A stretch of 64,000 nucleotides of DNA from Patescibacteria group bacterium UBA6017 (GTDB taxonomy: Bacteria; Patescibacteriota; Saccharimonadia; UBA4664), in the NCBI GenBank assembly GCA_002429485.1, contig DIZX01000015.1, positions 21,363 to 85,362 on the forward strand, read 5' to 3'. The stretch's first letter is position 1. Every line of letters begins with the position of its first letter. The notes beneath the pieces were generated by a model, which was not told the DNA's origin, did not search any database, and was given only the letters and a program-made list of their open reading frames with translations. Positions 28,316 through 38,197 of this stretch are shown here, one piece after another. Both the position numbers and the translations under genes were made by a program.

Positions 28316-29890
28316 ATGGATACTGCTCAACGCGACGATATCGAAGCTTCAACCGAAGGATTTGCCCTCCAGCTCGGATTACCCTACTTCGATACCCGTC
28401 CCAAAATTGACATCAAACCGCTCGTCGGCAAGCTCACCCTTGTCGGCATGGAGGCCTATGGCATCGTTCCCCTTCAGCTAGAGGGCAACGTATTTACAAT
28501 CGGCACCAGCGAAGAAACCGACCGCGACCAGCTCGAATCGCTGCGTCACCGCCTGGCCGGCTACCAGGTTCAATTCGCTTTTATCTCGCAATTTGGCTGG
28601 AACCGCCTATTCAACCGCTTCTCGGTCGCCAGCAACAACGACATTCTCGACAGCGGCAACTTTACCGCTATCAACCAGCAATTGCTCAATATTGAACCAA
28701 AATATATGTTCGAGCCTCTCGCCCAACTCGCCTTCCAGGTAGGTGCCTCAGACATCCACATAGAGCCTTCCGAGTACGATGCCAGGATTCGTTTCCGCAT
28801 CGACGGCACGCTCCACCCCATTACCACCCTGCCCAAGGATCGTTACGATCTCTTTGCCTCCGACCTGCAAATGCGCGCCGGCGTGAAATGGGGCGGCGAC
28901 GACCCTCAGGGCGGTCGAGTCAGCCTCAATATCATCAATGACGATGGCGATGAGGCCCAGCTCAACATGCGTCTCGAAACTATCCCCTCTCTCCATGGCG
29001 AAGATGTGGTAATCCGGTTATTTAACCTCAGTATTAAATACCTAACGTTGAAGAATTTACAACTTTCTAAGCATCATCAGGAAGTATTATTGCGCTGCGT
29101 GGCTCACCCCAGAGGCATGGTAATGGCCGTGGGGCCTACGGGATCAGGCAAAACGTCCACTCTGTATTCAATCATGAACCACCTCAACAATCCCGAGATC
29201 AAGATAGTTACCCTTGAAGATCCTATCGAATATGAGCTCGACGGCATATCCCAGGTACCCGTGCGTTCCGACGACCAAGAGCTCTTCATGAACAAACTCC
29301 GTGCCGTCTTACGCGAAGATCCCAACATCATTATGATCGGTGAAATCCGGGATGCTGACACCGCCAAAACCGCCCTCCAGGCCGCCCTCACCGGCCACCT
29401 AGTGCTCTCGACCTTCCACGCCACCAACGCCTCGGCCGCCATCTCACGCCTCATGGACATGATTGGCGAAAATGCCTTGTTGGCCTCCTCCGTTAAGCTG
29501 ATCATGGCTCAACGCCTTGTCCGCAAACTCTGCGACGTCTGCAAAAGCCACAGCCTTGCCACCAAAGCCGAGCTGCTCCAGATCAAGACGGCTCTCGATG
29601 GATTGCCCGAATCAGACTATCCATCTCTTGAGGGTCTCAAACTCTCGAAGCCGGTCGGCTGCCCCGCCTGCCATCACTTCGGATACAGCGGCCGGATCAA
29701 CATCGTCGAGCAGCTCGAAATTACTCCGAAAATGGAAGCCCTCATCGCCAAAGGCACCGCCACCACTTCAATCGCCATCGAACAGGCCGCCGTCAAAGAA
29801 GGTATGGTCACCATTCTGCAGGACGGCGTTCTCAAAGCCCTCCAAGGCATCACCACTCTCGAAGAAATCTACGTCCAAGTCGGCGAATAA
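28316..29890 (+). CDS. pilB: GspE/PilB type IV pilus assembly ATPase
   Basis: ASDIHIEP, GPTGSGKT, TLEDPIEY, REDPNIIMIGEIRD, TGHLVLSTFH, two CxxC. Confidence 0.9.
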   Translation: MDTAQRDDIEASTEGFALQLGLPYFDTRPKIDIKPLVGKLTLVGMEAYGIVPLQLEGNVFTIGTSEETDRDQLESLRHRLAGYQVQFAFISQFGWNRLFNRFSVASNNDILDSGNFTAINQQLLNIEPKYMFEPLAQLAFQVGASDIHIEPSEYDARIRFRIDGTLHPITTLPKDRYDLFASDLQMRAGVKWGGDDPQGGRVSLNIINDDGDEAQLNMRLETIPSLHGEDVVIRLFNLSIKYLTLKNLQLSKHHQEVLLRCVAHPRGMVMAVGPTGSGKTSTLYSIMNHLNNPEIKIVTLEDPIEYELDGISQVPVRSDDQELFMNKLRAVLREDPNIIMIGEIRDADTAKTALQAALTGHLVLSTFHATNASAAISRLMDMIGENALLASSVKLIMAQRLVRKLCDVCKSHSLATKAELLQIKTALDGLPESDYPSLEGLKLSKPVGCPACHHFGYSGRINIVEQLEITPKMEALIAKGTATTSIAIEQAAVKEGMVTILQDGVLKALQGITTLEEIYVQVGE

Positions 29891-29906
29891 TTCCGCCGCC
29901 TCAGCT

Positions 29907-31781
29907 TTAGAATCCAGGCAGTACCTTCGTGTCCTGCAGCTCTGCCGGTACCGGATACCACTTCGGCGAACAGCCGCCGATGAGCAGACTAGGAGTCGAT
30001 AGTACTGTTGCCTGCGTGGCAGCCACACTACAAGTCGGATGTTCAAACCCCAACCACTGGCCCACCACATGGTTAATCAATTCCGTACGATAGCTGGTAG
30101 TATCTCCGGCCCAGCTCGAGGGAGCTTTCGCCCAGTTGTCGATTGCAATGGCCAGATCGTTATGAATTCTACAAGTCGATTGATGCTCACAGGCAGGATC
30201 CAGCGCCGCCATCACCGCTGTATTTGCCAGCCTCACGGTGAAATTACAGCCTGTCTTAGCTAGCGCAAAGTGCAACTTGCCGCCCAAGGTCCAGCTACCG
30301 CCAGCCCCCAGCGATGCAGCCGTAGCCGTGGCCAAAGTTGGCGCCGCGCCGGCAGTTTCATCGAGACAATAACTATAACTCGCCGCAGGACCGACCGCCG
30401 CCAGACTTCCCTGCGTCGGGCCGGCCGTTGGCTTCTTCGTTGAAGGCGAAAACGATACCCCCTGGCGCGCGTTGAGCGCCGCCACCACCGCGTTCACGGT
30501 TCCCGAACGGTCGAATGACCCCGGAATCGTTGCAACAAATACAGCAACCCCGGCAGTATCTACCGTAATGCCCTTACTCGGACCCTGGAATACCACCCAG
30601 CTCGCAATTTGAGCCGGCGTGGGTGAATATTTAGCCTTTTTTATCAATATCTGAACATTCGTTGTAATCATTGCCTGCGCTTGAGTTGCCTCATTGGCAT
30701 AATCAGCCGCTACCACGCTTGGTTCCAGCCGAACCGGATTAATACTGACCGTAGCTACATGGCCGTACGCGGCGCGAATCGCCGCTGCAGCCGCCGCTCG
30801 ATCTAGATGCACTCCGGACTTATCCGCCAATACAAATACGTCGACACCGTGAATCATTACCGCCGCGTTGCTCGGCGTACGCTCAACCGCCGCCGCCAAG
30901 ACCGCCACCGACCTGTCTACGGCATCATCGCTCAGCACAAATACCGGCGATATGGGCTTGGCAAAGAATGATCCGACTACTCCCGCCAAAGGTAGTGGCG
31001 TCAAGCGTCCGGCCTCACGTACATTGCGCTCGAGGTCAGCGTTGGTTCCGGACCCCACTTCGCCTAACGCTAGTGAATAGTGTCCCGCTCCCAACACCGC
31101 CGATAAAGCCGGCTTCGGTATGGCTTGTGGGAGCTTTTGATGCAGCTCATCAAACGTCCATCCTCCCACCGCCAGGTTATCAACGTGCACGCCCGGGTAT
31201 ACCCGATTCGCGTAAAACGTCCCGGCAGCTAGGTTGAGACCAACAAACAATCCGAGTCCGGCCAAGCCAATTGCCCAAGCCTTGGCCATGCCCTTTTCGA
31301 CCACCCTTGCGCCCGTCGACACCGTTGGCATCACGCTTGCGGCCACCCGCGCGTTTGGCGTCGGATCCGGCACGGCCTCCGGGACAGGCGCCGATGCTGA
31401 TGCAGGCACCAAAGCCGGCACCGAGATTGGCGCCGGGTGCTCTATCGGTATCGGTACCGGCATCACCAATGCTCCATTGGTCGCAACCGGCCGTGGCGGT
31501 GCCATCACTGCGCGTAACGACAAAAACGTGTGCCCTGGCTTCTTCGCCGGCTCGCCTGCAGCTACGGGCACCTCTTCCGCCGCCCCAGCCGTATCTTTAA
31601 AGACAATATCGCCGTCCGTCGCATCCAACAACGCCCGCTTTAAGAGCGGATCGGTAGTATCTTCAAATTTGAGTGCCTCGGAATTATCTGCCGACGTCAC
31701 GCGCTGCGCTTCGCCGCATTGCAAACAAAACATCTCCCCTGCTACGGGTAATAATATTGCTTGGCATACAGAACATTTCAT
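29907..31781 (-). CDS. Zn-ribbon + TM + PG-binding repeats + degenerate DUF3152-like metallopeptidase domain
   Basis: CSVC..CLQC; Pro-rich linker; VYPGV repeat as in the LDT; YRTELINHVVGQWLGFEH. Confidence 0.65.
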   Translation of the reverse strand: MKCSVCQAILLPVAGEMFCLQCGEAQRVTSADNSEALKFEDTTDPLLKRALLDATDGDIVFKDTAGAAEEVPVAAGEPAKKPGHTFLSLRAVMAPPRPVATNGALVMPVPIPIEHPAPISVPALVPASASAPVPEAVPDPTPNARVAASVMPTVSTGARVVEKGMAKAWAIGLAGLGLFVGLNLAAGTFYANRVYPGVHVDNLAVGGWTFDELHQKLPQAIPKPALSAVLGAGHYSLALGEVGSGTNADLERNVREAGRLTPLPLAGVVGSFFAKPISPVFVLSDDAVDRSVAVLAAAVERTPSNAAVMIHGVDVFVLADKSGVHLDRAAAAAAIRAAYGHVATVSINPVRLEPSVVAADYANEATQAQAMITTNVQILIKKAKYSPTPAQIASWVVFQGPSKGITVDTAGVAVFVATIPGSFDRSGTVNAVVAALNARQGVSFSPSTKKPTAGPTQGSLAAVGPAASYSYCLDETAGAAPTLATATAASLGAGGSWTLGGKLHFALAKTGCNFTVRLANTAVMAALDPACEHQSTCRIHNDLAIAIDNWAKAPSSWAGDTTSYRTELINHVVGQWLGFEHPTCSVAATQATVLSTPSLLIGGCSPKWYPVPAELQDTKVLPGF

Positions 31782-31842
31782 AAGGTTTGTTTTTGGGTAA
31801 TCTTCTTATGTCTATCCTAGCACAAACCGCATCAATTCGTAC

Positions 31843-32655
31843 CTATTTGTACCCGAGTTGCCCCAGCCACACCATCGCCCCGCGAATTCCCCCCTCATCA
31901 CCGAGCGTAGCCAGTTCCAGCCTGGGCCATTGCTCGAGCACATTCGGCAGCTCATGAAGGGCCTCTGCTACCCCCTCAACCTTGATATCGCGCATCATAC
32001 TGCCGCCAATCACCACCAATTCCGGGTTCCAATACAGAATAGTGTTGTAAATTCCGACCGCCAGTGAGCGCTCAAGTTCCCGCCAAACGGTCTCATCATG
32101 AATATCGTGCGGCAATTTGCCCGTCCGCTTCTCCAGAGCAGCTCCGCCAATTAACGGCTCAAGCGACTGCGGCTCCCCATCAACATTGCCCACAATCTGC
32201 TTACCCAGCTCATAACGCCCCACCGAACGATCCACCTCACCGTCCAGCAAGCGCACCGCGTTCACGCCCGTACTCACGGTATAATACGCCATAATGCCCT
32301 TAGTCGTTCCGGAGCCGTACTTCGCCTCACCGAGCCCGCACAGCTCAACGTCGTTAGTGATGTGCACGGGGCAATCAAATAATTCCTTCAGCTCTTTTAG
32401 CAGTAGCTGTCCGCGCCAATGAGGCAAGTTGGTTGCCACCACCAATTCACCGTCTTCGCCCTGCAATTGGCCCGGAAATCCGCCCGCCACCGCATCAATG
32501 CGCTGACCCTTGACCACTTCTTGGAGCGTCAGCAAAAATTTGCCAAATCCCGCCGCGCTGCGATCGGTCGACACGCGCAGCACCTCTCCGATCACGCCAT
32601 TTTCTGCCAAAGCTACCCGCATTTTGGTACCGCCCAAATCAAAAATCAAAATCAT
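31843..32655 (-). CDS. ROK family sugar kinase
   Basis: DLGGTK, NDVELCGLGE, TVSTGV, GGS. Confidence 0.88.
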   Translation of the reverse strand: MILIFDLGGTKMRVALAENGVIGEVLRVSTDRSAAGFGKFLLTLQEVVKGQRIDAVAGGFPGQLQGEDGELVVATNLPHWRGQLLLKELKELFDCPVHITNDVELCGLGEAKYGSGTTKGIMAYYTVSTGVNAVRLLDGEVDRSVGRYELGKQIVGNVDGEPQSLEPLIGGAALEKRTGKLPHDIHDETVWRELERSLAVGIYNTILYWNPELVVIGGSMMRDIKVEGVAEALHELPNVLEQWPRLELATLGDEGGIRGAMVWLGQLGYK

Positions 32656-34292
32656 GACTTATCCCCCTGCATCAGTTCATATACTCGGCCTTCGTACGAC
32701 CCCAATTCCAGCTCTCCCGCAACGCCCGACAGGCCATCCCCTTCAACTTTATGTGTTCCGGCCACCCACTTGCCCACTTGTCCGCGCAAAGTAACGGTTG
32801 CCGGATTGAAATCAAAATTCAACATCACCAAAAATTTCTGCCTTTCGGTTTCTCTCACGTACCCATAGACATAGCCGTTACCAAGATCAACCGAACGGTA
32901 ATCGCCCTCAATCAGTGCCGGCGACTCCGCTCGTAAATGTATCAAGTGTTGATATAAATTCAACGATGACTCCGGATCACGCCGCTCACTCTCAACATTT
33001 AGGCTGGCGGAAGCCGACCCCATTGGCAGCCATGGCGTCGCATCGGTAAATCCGCCGCCATTCTCGCTATTCCAGGGCATCGGCGTACGTTCCGGATCGC
33101 GGCCATACCCCCGGCCCGTTACCCGCTGCTCCCAGGGATCGCGAACCTCAGTCGGTCCGATCGGAGTGTCCGGCAGCCCCAACTCTTCACCGTAGTAAAC
33201 CACCGCGAGACCACGCATCGTCATTTCGAGCACCGCCATCAGCCTGGCTCTTTCCGGGCCCAACCTCGAAACCAACCTATGCCGGTCATGGTTCCCCAGC
33301 ACGTAATTTGGCCAGTCTTCCGGTCCGAGTATGGCTTCATAAGAATCAATAAAATCCCGGTACGCCACTGCGCTCCAAGGCAAACCGATCAGATTGAAAT
33401 TGAAAGGCGCATGCACCGGATGACGTACGCAAGCCCCGTACATTTTATGCAGGCCCGGCACATTCAAATATGCCTCACTCAGCAGGAACTTATTCTCCTT
33501 CTCGGCCAGTACATCACAAAACGACCCGAGCACGTTGCTCAGCTCTCTCTGGCCCGAGCTGTGAATCCGGATGAATTCATCGCCCGGATCGTTCACTCCC
33601 GCCCGCCAGTTCGGATTCGGCGCATCATCGCGCAGCTGATCATCCTTCACCAAGCCCATCACCGCGTCGGTACGGAATCCATCCACCCCTTTATTCAGCC
33701 AAAACCTCAATACATCGAACATCGCATCCCGGACGTCCGCGTTGCGCCAGTTCAAGTCCGGCTGCTGGGGCAAGAAAGTATGCAAATAGTACTGGCCCGT
33801 CTTCTTATCCAAACTCCAGGCCGGCCCGCCGAAATAACTCACCCAATTATTCGGGTATCCGCCATCCTTGCCCGGATCGGCCCAAATATACCAGTCACGT
33901 TTGGGATTATCCTGACTGGCGCGGGACTGAGTAAACCATTTATGAAGCTCAGAGGTATGATTGGGCACAAAATCCAACAGCAATTTCACGCCGCGCTCAT
34001 GGGCCTTCTCCAGCAACTCATCAAAATCAGCCATCGTCCCAAACCGCGGATCAATCGCCGTATGATCGGCCACATCGTAGCCCCAATCCGCCATCGGCGA
34101 TAAATATATCGGCGACAACCACAGCGCCGTTATGCCGAGCGAGTCGGAATTACCATTATTTAGGTAGTCCAGATGATCAATAATACCGCGGATATCACCG
34201 TAGCCATCGCCATTCGAATCAGCAAAGCTTAAGGGGTACAAATGGTAGAGCGTCGCTCGGCGATACCACGGATCTTTTGGTGGTGGTTCCAT
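32652..34292 (-). CDS. GH13 alpha-glucosidase
   Basis: SFADSNGDGYGD, DFVPNHTS, QPDLN, DGFRTD, NHD, YYGEELG. Confidence 0.92.
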   Translation of the reverse strand: MEPPPKDPWYRRATLYHLYPLSFADSNGDGYGDIRGIIDHLDYLNNGNSDSLGITALWLSPIYLSPMADWGYDVADHTAIDPRFGTMADFDELLEKAHERGVKLLLDFVPNHTSELHKWFTQSRASQDNPKRDWYIWADPGKDGGYPNNWVSYFGGPAWSLDKKTGQYYLHTFLPQQPDLNWRNADVRDAMFDVLRFWLNKGVDGFRTDAVMGLVKDDQLRDDAPNPNWRAGVNDPGDEFIRIHSSGQRELSNVLGSFCDVLAEKENKFLLSEAYLNVPGLHKMYGACVRHPVHAPFNFNLIGLPWSAVAYRDFIDSYEAILGPEDWPNYVLGNHDRHRLVSRLGPERARLMAVLEMTMRGLAVVYYGEELGLPDTPIGPTEVRDPWEQRVTGRGYGRDPERTPMPWNSENGGGFTDATPWLPMGSASASLNVESERRDPESSLNLYQHLIHLRAESPALIEGDYRSVDLGNGYVYGYVRETERQKFLVMLNFDFNPATVTLRGQVGKWVAGTHKVEGDGLSGVAGELELGSYEGRVYELMQGDKS

Positions 34293-34339
34293 TGATCCAT
34301 TGTATCAAACCGTAACCACTTCACAAATTGCTGCCAAAA

Positions 34340-35695
34340 TTACAGCAATGGGCGTTTTGGTAGAGCCGTATTTAGCTTAATACCGACCTTACGCAGAGTT
34401 TTGCGCGGATTGCGAACCAACTGCGTCAGCGGCGATACCGCCACCACGCTGCTTCGGATCACCGGCAGCTCATCCGGGCCCAAATACTTCTGACAAAAGT
34501 ACGAAAATACCGCGTTCGTCCAACCAAACCCGGACTGCGACGGGTAGACACCCTCTACCGGCTCATCTTCGATCTTTACGACGTTATATTTCTCATAAAA
34601 TTCACCCGTGGCTTCAAATTGTACCAAGTTGGCGTTGATCCATTTACGGGCAATCCTCTCCGCCTGCTCGTGGTAGCCGTATCGCTCCATCGCCTGAGTG
34701 GCAATCATTTGGAGCGGCGCCCAACCATTGGGATACGCCCATTGGGTAGGTATCTCCGATCTGATGTGCGGCTTTTCGGCGCTCGTGGTCAAACCCCCGG
34801 CACTCTCGAACCGGTCCAAATGTTCCATGATCTTGGCAGCCGTTTCGGCGCTATCCATTCCGGCCCACATCGGGTAAAACGCCGCCAGAGAAAATACCGG
34901 GCTATGCTTCGATGTCATGTAGTTGTAGTCAAAGTAAAAGTTTTTGTCTTCATCCCACAGGTACTTATCCATGCTCGCTTTGCGCGACATTGCCCGCTTC
35001 GCCCACTCATGAGCTTCCTCGGTATAGCCCAATATCTTGGATGATTCCTCGAAATCCCGCTCGTATTTATACAGCAGCGCGTTCAGGTCCACCGGCAGAT
35101 ATGACAGCGCTTTGCGCTCAAACCTAGTCGTCATATCCCAGCCGCTCTCGGCCTCGGCCAGATCGTCCAACACGTTTATATCGTAAAACCTCGACAGCCC
35201 GTGAAACACTTGCCGCCAGCTTGGCTGAGTTGTGCCCATCCATACGGTCCGATACTCATTCTTGGCCACCGTGATCGCCTGCTCCAGCCAGCGCTTATCC
35301 TTTTCGATCTTGTACGCATCCATAATAAAGCTCGACAAAAACGGCGGTTGCGACCGGCCGGTCATGTAGAAGCGTCCGGAATTAGGAATTACCGCAAACC
35401 GTCTCATCATCGTAATCAAGTTATCGGCCATACCCCGTACTCGATGTTCCCTCGGTGTACCGAGCAGACCCTGAGCAATAAAGTAACTATCCCAGTAGTA
35501 CATTTCATCAAACGCAAACCCGGTATCGTTCCGTGCGCTCGGGATGAAATACGGCTCGGGCAAGCCAATGAGAGTCCCGTCGTCATGAGGATTATAGCGT
35601 TCGAGTTTCTTCCAATAAACGTCGATATACTCGAGCGACGGCCGCAATCGTTCCTGAGTAAATACCGGACCCAGTTGTGTAGTTGTCGTGCTCAT
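34340..35695 (-). CDS. Trehalase (GH37)
   Basis: EMYYWDSYF, RSQPPF, AESGWD, PVDLN, QWAYPNGWAP, EKYNV, GFGWTN. Confidence 0.93.
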   Translation of the reverse strand: MSTTTTQLGPVFTQERLRPSLEYIDVYWKKLERYNPHDDGTLIGLPEPYFIPSARNDTGFAFDEMYYWDSYFIAQGLLGTPREHRVRGMADNLITMMRRFAVIPNSGRFYMTGRSQPPFLSSFIMDAYKIEKDKRWLEQAITVAKNEYRTVWMGTTQPSWRQVFHGLSRFYDINVLDDLAEAESGWDMTTRFERKALSYLPVDLNALLYKYERDFEESSKILGYTEEAHEWAKRAMSRKASMDKYLWDEDKNFYFDYNYMTSKHSPVFSLAAFYPMWAGMDSAETAAKIMEHLDRFESAGGLTTSAEKPHIRSEIPTQWAYPNGWAPLQMIATQAMERYGYHEQAERIARKWINANLVQFEATGEFYEKYNVVKIEDEPVEGVYPSQSGFGWTNAVFSYFCQKYLGPDELPVIRSSVVAVSPLTQLVRNPRKTLRKVGIKLNTALPKRPLL

Positions 35696-35866
35696 TCCAA
35701 ATAGTCGTCCCGGCGATGCTTATGTTTAATAATGTATATCTTCCCGACCCGCCTGCATAGCAATGTCTGGGATACTGTAAACAATAAGCGTCCCGGCACT
35801 CGTGCAAACGACCCTCGGGACGCATCTCTTTAACTCCAAACTACCCGCCGACAGTAGTGGTGTCAA
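35696..35866 (-). promoter_or_regulatory. Promoter (TTGACA-N17-TAGTTT) and structured 5' leader of the trehalase operon
   Basis: -35 at 35861-35866, -10 at 35838-35843; gcgtcccg/cgggacgc hairpin followed by a U-rich run. Confidence 0.55.
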
Positions 35867-35887
35867 CCCGTAAAACGATATGGCTCC

Positions 35888-36991
35888 CTATTGCGTCGGG
35901 GTAGCATCCGCGGACGTAAAGATCGTCTTAATCTTGTCCGAAATCGTTGTAAAATTTCCGCCAATCGGCAGCAGATCGCTCGAACCATATGGATCGCCGC
36001 GTAGGTACCCGCCGAGCGACGTCGATAGCACCAGGTCTACTGGCTGATTGGCCGAATCCGTCCGCCAGCTATTGGCCAGTTCGAGCAGTTGGAACAACCC
36101 CAGGTCGGTCTTAATACCTTTGCTCGTTGCGTCTGCCAGACGCTTTAGTTTGGTCGGGCTCAACAGCAGTCGCGGATCCATCAGCTTCGGCCGCAGGAGC
36201 GACAACAGTTCCTGCTGTCTGGCCGCCCGGCCAAAATCATTCCCGCAGGTGCCTTTGCGGCAGCGTACATACTGCAGCGCCACGGTTCCGTTCATGTGCT
36301 GCAGGCCCGGCTCAATATCCAATCCGCAGACTTTGTACTGATTGTCGTCGCACGGGTATTCGCTGTCGACCAGCCGGTCCTTCACATTAACGTCCACCCC
36401 TCCCACCGCATCCACCAAATCCTTGAGACCGCTGAAGTTCGTCTTCACGTAGTAATTAATCGGCACATCAAATGTGTCACTCACGGTCTGTTCCGCCAGA
36501 GCCACTCCGCCGAGCGCATTGGCAGTATTGATTTTATTATAGCCAAATCCCGGTACCGACACCCGCAGGTCCCGTGGAATACTAATCTCGGCCATCCGCT
36601 TGGTTCGCCCGTCCAGGCTCAAAAGCATCATGGTATCCGATAGGTTCTCGCCCGCATGACCCGGATCCCCCACGCCCAGGACGAGCACGTTCGTCCGCCC
36701 GTTCACATCCGCCGCCAAAGCACCAAGTTGCATCGAATTCGTAGATATTTTTACAACTATAGACCCCAAGTAGGCGGCATATGCCAGCGCCGCAGCCAAC
36801 AATAATAGGACCAAAACCAGTAGCATCCGCCCCCAGCCGCGTTTGCGTCTTGGCAGCTTAGCCACCCGCCGCGGCGCTCCGAGCGGCCTATAACCATCCT
36901 CCCCTGGCCCGCCGGCCGCGGATTGAGGTGTATATGGACTCGCATCCGGATGCTTGAAACGTCCTGCTTCCTGCTCGGGATCAGTTTCCAT
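35888..36991 (-). CDS. LCP (LytR-CpsA-Psr) family protein
   Basis: SDTMML, SIPRDL, KINTA, LVDAVGGV, ALQYVRCR, DFGRAARQQ. Confidence 0.92.
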   Translation of the reverse strand: METDPEQEAGRFKHPDASPYTPQSAAGGPGEDGYRPLGAPRRVAKLPRRKRGWGRMLLVLVLLLLAAALAYAAYLGSIVVKISTNSMQLGALAADVNGRTNVLVLGVGDPGHAGENLSDTMMLLSLDGRTKRMAEISIPRDLRVSVPGFGYNKINTANALGGVALAEQTVSDTFDVPINYYVKTNFSGLKDLVDAVGGVDVNVKDRLVDSEYPCDDNQYKVCGLDIEPGLQHMNGTVALQYVRCRKGTCGNDFGRAARQQELLSLLRPKLMDPRLLLSPTKLKRLADATSKGIKTDLGLFQLLELANSWRTDSANQPVDLVLSTSLGGYLRGDPYGSSDLLPIGGNFTTISDKIKTIFTSADATPTQ

Positions 36992-37075
36992 GCACTTTTG
37001 CTCCTTGTAGTGACCTACTTAGTTATGGCCGCCCCGTACAGTTCGGAGCCTCACGCGTAATCGTAACACAATGAA

Positions 37076-37513
37076 TTAGGGCAATTGCTGTTTGGAGAAA
37101 TCAGCCATGCCTATTCCCCCGCTCGAATTACGAAAAAGCTCAAACAGCACCTTGGTATGTCCGACCGTAAACGTCACAAAATTGACCTCATTAATAGTCT
37201 CCACCACCGGCATGGTAGCCTCGTCGACCGTCACCCCATACCCATCTTTGGCCACCGCCCTGAGGATATCAACCACCAGCGTATCGTCGGGTGGCAGCGA
37301 CGGATCAAATTCCACCCGTTTCATATTTCGACTCGTGAGATTTGATATGCCGTAAAGATACTTACCCAAGTTACCGCGCACCACGTGGACTGGCGCTGGT
37401 GTAGCCGCAGGTGCTTTCGGGATAAGCTCCAGCCCGCCGGCCGCAACAAACAACCCCCCGACAACAAGCGCCGTCACTATGGCTCCCAGACAATACCGCC
37501 AACGCTCCGTCAT
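37076..37513 (-). CDS. Hypothetical membrane-anchored protein
   Basis: N-terminal TM; ATGA overlap with the FKBP gene. Confidence 0.7.
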   Translation of the reverse strand: MTERWRYCLGAIVTALVVGGLFVAAGGLELIPKAPAATPAPVHVVRGNLGKYLYGISNLTSRNMKRVEFDPSLPPDDTLVVDILRAVAKDGYGVTVDEATMPVVETINEVNFVTFTVGHTKVLFELFRNSSGGIGMADFSKQQLP

Positions 37514-38169
37514 TGTACCGACACCAGTTCGACATCAAACACCAATACCGAGTTTGCCGGTATCCCATTGTATACCGTCGCACCATAGCCCTTGGACGGC
37601 GGCACAATCACCCTGCGTTTCCCGCCCGCCTTCATTCCCAATAAACCCTCTTCCCAGCCCGGAATAACGTGATGATCACCTTCCTTGAAGCTAAAGCTCT
37701 GGCCACGCGAATACGATTCGTCAAACAGTTTGCCATTCGTCAGCCACCCCCGGTAATTCACGGTCACTATACTGCCCGCCGCCACCGCCGCGCCCTGACC
37801 GGCCACAAAATCTCCGTACATTGCCGTCTCGCTGCTGCTGTACTTCTCGTACTTACTCAGCTCATCGGCATTCGGGGTGGCGCTCGGGGCCGCCGTACGC
37901 GAGTCGGAACCGCTATTGGTTTTTGAGTTATCCGGCAACAGCATCTGCGTACCGCCGCCGTTGGCACCCACCGACTCTGGGCTAGCCACCCTTAAGCCCG
38001 GCTCGACGGCCGGAACAGGCGTAGGCGAGGTATCGAGCGCCACTAAGCCGGGTTTAGCCGATACCGGGACGTTATCACTTCGTTGCCAGTAGAGCACACC
38101 AACAACACCCAGCCCCACGAACACCCCCGTGACCACCGCCAAACCCCCGACTTTATACATCTTAAGCAT
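37510..38169 (-). CDS. FKBP-type peptidyl-prolyl isomerase with TM anchor
   Basis: VNYRGWLTNGKLFDES, VIPGWEEG, GGKRR..VPP..GYG, IPANSVLVFDVEL. Confidence 0.93.
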   Translation of the reverse strand: MLKMYKVGGLAVVTGVFVGLGVVGVLYWQRSDNVPVSAKPGLVALDTSPTPVPAVEPGLRVASPESVGANGGGTQMLLPDNSKTNSGSDSRTAAPSATPNADELSKYEKYSSSETAMYGDFVAGQGAAVAAGSIVTVNYRGWLTNGKLFDESYSRGQSFSFKEGDHHVIPGWEEGLLGMKAGGKRRVIVPPSKGYGATVYNGIPANSVLVFDVELVSVQ

Positions 38170-38197
38170 TATGGCGATTGTAGCAGATCACCGGCCC

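Noticed and set aside
36992-37075. Riboswitch upstream of the LCP gene
   Set aside because: Only small hairpins; no recognisable aptamer consensus
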